This document shows, piece after piece, positions 44,882 to 47,999 of a stretch of 47,999 bases of DNA. A model generated the notes under the pieces. That model was not told the DNA's origin, ran no database searches, and saw only the letters and a list, made by a program, of their open reading frames with translations. Position numbers and translations under genes: made by a program. Position 1 is the stretch's first letter. Each line of letters starts with the position of its first letter. The DNA comes from Flavobacteriales bacterium (GTDB lineage Bacteria; Bacteroidota; Bacteroidia; Palsa-965): NCBI GenBank assembly GCA_040377305.1, contig JBEIPA010000035.1, positions 1-47,999 on the forward strand, given 5' to 3'.

Positions 44882-45520
44882 ATGGGTTTCCTTCAATTTC
44901 TCCTTCCAAAAGACCGAAAATTTTTCCCGCTCTTCAATCAGGCCACTGAGAATCTTCTTAAAGGATCTAAAGTCCTTGTTGAGTTGGTTAATACGAGTAG
45001 TGCGGAAAAGCGCAAAGAGCTTGTTAAGGAAATCGAGCACATTGAACATACCGGCGACAATATCACGCACATGATTTTCAATGAGCTCAGCCGAAACTTC
45101 ATTACACCATTCGATCGCGAAGACATGCACGCGCTGGCTTCCGACATCGATGACGTTCTTGATTTCATTCATGGTTCCGCAAAACGAATTGACCTGTACA
45201 AGATCACAGATAATCCGGAAGCAATTACCATGCTGGCCGATTGCATTCTCAAAGGTGCACTCGAACTCAACGTTGCTGTGAAGAATCTTGAGAACATGAA
45301 AAATGAAAACGTGATCAAAGAAGCTTGTGTGAAAATCAACAGCCTGGAGAATCACGCCGACGATGTATTCAACATGGGTATCGCACGACTTTTCGATGAA
45401 GAGAAAGATCCTATTCAGATCATCAAGTTGAAGGAAATACTTTCTGCGCTCGAAACAGCTACAGACAAGTGTGAAGATGCCGCGAACACAGTACAAACCA
45501 TTCTTATTAAGTACGCATAA
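44882..45520 (+). CDS. DUF47 (PhoU-like) Pit accessory protein
   Basis: EHTGDNIT...FITPFDREDM..LAS.IDDVLD, LENHADD and LETATDKCED. Confidence 0.93.
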   Translation: MGFLQFLLPKDRKFFPLFNQATENLLKGSKVLVELVNTSSAEKRKELVKEIEHIEHTGDNITHMIFNELSRNFITPFDREDMHALASDIDDVLDFIHGSAKRIDLYKITDNPEAITMLADCILKGALELNVAVKNLENMKNENVIKEACVKINSLENHADDVFNMGIARLFDEEKDPIQIIKLKEILSALETATDKCEDAANTVQTILIKYA

Positions 45521-45541
45521 AGTAAATCGGGCCTTCAACCT

Positions 45542-46693
45542 ATGATGCCATTACTCATAACCATCGTTGTACTTGCGATCATATTCGATCTGATCAATGG
45601 TTTCCACGATGCAGCAAACTCGATTGCGACTGTTGTTTCCACGAAGGTTCTCACACCATTTCAGGCAGTGGTCTGGGCTGCGTTTTTCAACTTTGTGGCA
45701 TTCTGGATTTTCGATCTGAAAGTTGCTGATACTGTTGCAAAAACTGTTCACAGCGACACCATCAATCTGAATGTAATTTTCGGCGGACTCATCGCTGCAA
45801 TTTTCTGGAACCTTCTCACCTGGTGGAAAGGAATTCCGTCGAGTTCATCACACACGCTCATTGGTGGATTTGCAGGAGCAGCGGTTGCGCATGCAGGGTC
45901 CTTTTCGGTAGTCAATCAGGAATCAATTATCAAAACCTTCCTGTTCATCTTCCTCGCTCCCATCATCGGAATGCTCATTGCATACATTCTCACGGTGATC
46001 ATCATTCACATCGCGAAGAATAGTATTCCATCGAAAGCAGAACGTTGGTTCCGAAGACTGCAACTGGTTTCTTCAGCAGCCTTCAGTATTGGTCACGGCG
46101 GATCAGATTCGCAGAAAGTAATGGGCATTATCGCAGCCGGACTTATCGTTTTCAATTCACATCAGGCTAAGATTGATCCGAACTTTCAGGTGGAAGAGTG
46201 GAATAAAATCGAATACGTTTACGAAGACGAATCCACAAAAGCGAAGGTGACAATTCCCGACGGAATGACGTATGCGGAGTACAAAACAGTTTACAAGGAA
46301 GAACACAATGCTTCTTTGAAAGAAAAGATCAAGCATATCCCAGGCTGGGTTCCTTTCATGTGTTATGCTGCAATTGCAATAGGTACCATGATGGGCGGAT
46401 GGAGAATTGTAAAAACCATGGGCACGAAAATTACCAAGGTTACTCCGCTCGAAGGTGTTGCTGCCGAAACTGCAGGTGCAATTACGCTCTTCGGAGTTTC
46501 ACAAGGACTGGGTGTTCCGGTTTCTACCACTCACACAATTACAGGTGCCATCATTGGCGTTGGAATGACGAAACGACTGAGTGCTGTTCGCTGGGGCGTG
46601 ACAACGAATCTGCTCTGGGCATGGATTCTCACAATTCCCGTTTCAGGACTGATCGGAGCACTTTCATACTTCGTGATCAGCTTGTTTATCTAA
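45542..46693 (+). CDS. pit: PiT family inorganic phosphate transporter
   Basis: NGFHDAANSIAT, GIPSSSSH, HGGSDSQK and PVSTTH signature motifs. Confidence 0.95.
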   Translation: MMPLLITIVVLAIIFDLINGFHDAANSIATVVSTKVLTPFQAVVWAAFFNFVAFWIFDLKVADTVAKTVHSDTINLNVIFGGLIAAIFWNLLTWWKGIPSSSSHTLIGGFAGAAVAHAGSFSVVNQESIIKTFLFIFLAPIIGMLIAYILTVIIIHIAKNSIPSKAERWFRRLQLVSSAAFSIGHGGSDSQKVMGIIAAGLIVFNSHQAKIDPNFQVEEWNKIEYVYEDESTKAKVTIPDGMTYAEYKTVYKEEHNASLKEKIKHIPGWVPFMCYAAIAIGTMMGGWRIVKTMGTKITKVTPLEGVAAETAGAITLFGVSQGLGVPVSTTHTITGAIIGVGMTKRLSAVRWGVTTNLLWAWILTIPVSGLIGALSYFVISLFI

Positions 46694-46713
46694 GAAACAA
46701 AACCACACAATAG

Positions 46714-46750
46714 AAGCCCGGATGTAATCGCACATCCGGGCTTTGTTTTT
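46714..46750 (+). terminator. Intrinsic terminator after pit
   Basis: AAGCCCGGATGT-aatcgc-ACATCCGGGCTT followed by TGTTTTT. Confidence 0.88.
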
Positions 46751-46764
46751 GCGACCTTTGTCAT

Positions 46765-47757
46765 GTGAAGCTTCCGTTCAGAGATTCCGAACTATTCTCG
46801 CGTGCAGAAAAAGCATTTGATAAAACTGCACTGGATGTGTACGCCTATCAATATGCGCATTGCGAGACATACCGTCGCTTCTCCGATTCCCTGAAACGTA
46901 GTCCGGAAAGCGTGAGGTCAGTGGAAGACATTCCCTTTCTTCCTGTAGAGTTTTTCAAGTCGCAAAAGATTGTTTGTTTCAAAGAGAATGCGGAAGTTGT
47001 TTTCACCAGCAGCGGAACAACGGGATCACAAAACAGCTCTCACTTTGTACGCAACATCAATGTGTACGAAGAAAGTTTTCTGAAAGGATTTGAACTCGCA
47101 TACGGCAAACCCGAAGACTTTATTTTTCTCTTTCTTCTTCCTTCCTATCTCGAACGCGATGGATCATCGCTCGTCTACATGGCCGAAGAATTACGGAGAA
47201 AAAGCTTTGATCCCGATAGCGGTTATTTCCTCAACAATTATTCTGAACTCGCTGCAAAACTCAAATCGCTCAACGCCAATGCGGGAAGTAAAAAAGTTTT
47301 GTTGCTCGGTGTAACGTATGCATTGCTCGATCTTGCCGAACTATTTCCTCAGGATTTGTCTAACATCATTGTGATGGAAACCGGTGGAATGAAAGGCAAG
47401 CGAAAGGAAATCACGCGCGATGAATTGCATTCAACTTTGAAAACTGCATTTCAGATTTCTCATGTTCATTCAGAATACGGAATGACTGAACTCCTTTCAC
47501 AAGCGTATTCAAAAGGCAATGGCGTTTTCTATTGTCCGCCGTGGATGAAAATTTTGATCCGCGAAACTAACGATCCACTTTCTCTTGCACCGGCAGAAAA
47601 AACCGGAGGCGTAAACATCATCGATCTCGCGAACCTTCACAGCTGCAGCTTCATCTCCACCAGCGATCTTGGAAAAGTGTACGCAGACGGATCCTTTGAA
47701 ATTCTCGGACGATTTGATTTTTCGGATACGAGAGGTTGCAATCTGTTGTATGTGTAG
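46765..47757 (+). CDS. LuxE/acyl-protein synthetase family protein
   Basis: IPFLPVEFFK, FTSSGTTG, ETGGMKG, SEYGMTELLSQ and RGCN. GTG start. Confidence 0.88.
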   Translation: MKLPFRDSELFSRAEKAFDKTALDVYAYQYAHCETYRRFSDSLKRSPESVRSVEDIPFLPVEFFKSQKIVCFKENAEVVFTSSGTTGSQNSSHFVRNINVYEESFLKGFELAYGKPEDFIFLFLLPSYLERDGSSLVYMAEELRRKSFDPDSGYFLNNYSELAAKLKSLNANAGSKKVLLLGVTYALLDLAELFPQDLSNIIVMETGGMKGKRKEITRDELHSTLKTAFQISHVHSEYGMTELLSQAYSKGNGVFYCPPWMKILIRETNDPLSLAPAEKTGGVNIIDLANLHSCSFISTSDLGKVYADGSFEILGRFDFSDTRGCNLLYV

Positions 47758-47763
47758 AGAAGA

Positions 47764-47999
47764 AATGGAACGCGGATTTTGAAGTACGACGGTTGTTAGC
47801 TTTCCCCTCGGATCAGTGCGGTGATTACTTCGACTCTGAATCTGATCTTATGAGATAGGTTTGATACGCGGAATGGAACACGGATTTAGAAGTACGACGG
47901 TTGTTAGTTTTCTCCTCGGATCAGTGCGGTGATTAATTCGACTCTGAATTTGATCTTATGAGATAGGTTTGCTACGCGGAATGGAACGCGGATTTAGAA
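47764..47999. repeat. 108-bp tandem array of half-copies of the palindromic element, running off the window
   Basis: AATGGAAC(G/A)CGGATTT starts at 47764, 47872 and 47980. The units are near-identical. Confidence 0.92.

Noticed and set aside
44867-45538. 223-aa ORF antisense to DUF47 (similarly 11423-12010, 19484-19936, 23631-24110, 40122-40601)
   Set aside because: These are shadow frames of well-supported genes and have no recognisable motifs.
46765-47757. Bioluminescence (lux) locus
   Set aside because: Only a LuxE-like gene is present, with no luxAB or luxCD. Solo homologs are common in Bacteroidota.

Overview
This is a chromosomal segment of a Bacteroidota bacterium. The evidence is the TAnnTTTG -7 promoter elements, seven T9SS C-terminal-domain proteins, gldD and ribosomal protein bS22. 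The left part holds the rng/bS22/TPR/HU and mutY-ssb core block, about 6 kb of accessory genes sitting where gldE is expected (DUF433, a lipoprotein, a CocE hydrolase, an ABC pair and an Mrr-like nuclease), then gldD, OmpA, an M14 peptidase, ctaA, an ECF sigma/anti-sigma pair and nifU/mrp. The right part is a dispersed phosphate-starvation-type module: two PhoP/PhoB-like regulators, a PhoR-like kinase, a TonB-dependent receptor with a T9SS-secreted partner, an OprO/P porin, DUF47 and PiT. Other genes there are trmB, SulP with carbonic anhydrase and a LuxE-like gene. The strongest signal read directly from the sequence is a shared promoter architecture at six phosphate-related genes: (T/G)TAAC-like half-sites in about 11-bp phase, with a half-site starting exactly 26 bp before the -7 element in every case. 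The intergenic DNA is also full of repeats: a ~190-bp palindromic MITE/REPIN-like family at three loci, 108-110-bp tandem arrays, and short-period inverted arms, one family of which also occurs inside ssb. No rRNA, tRNA, CRISPR array or transposase was seen. All calls come from reading the sequence by eye; no searches were run.
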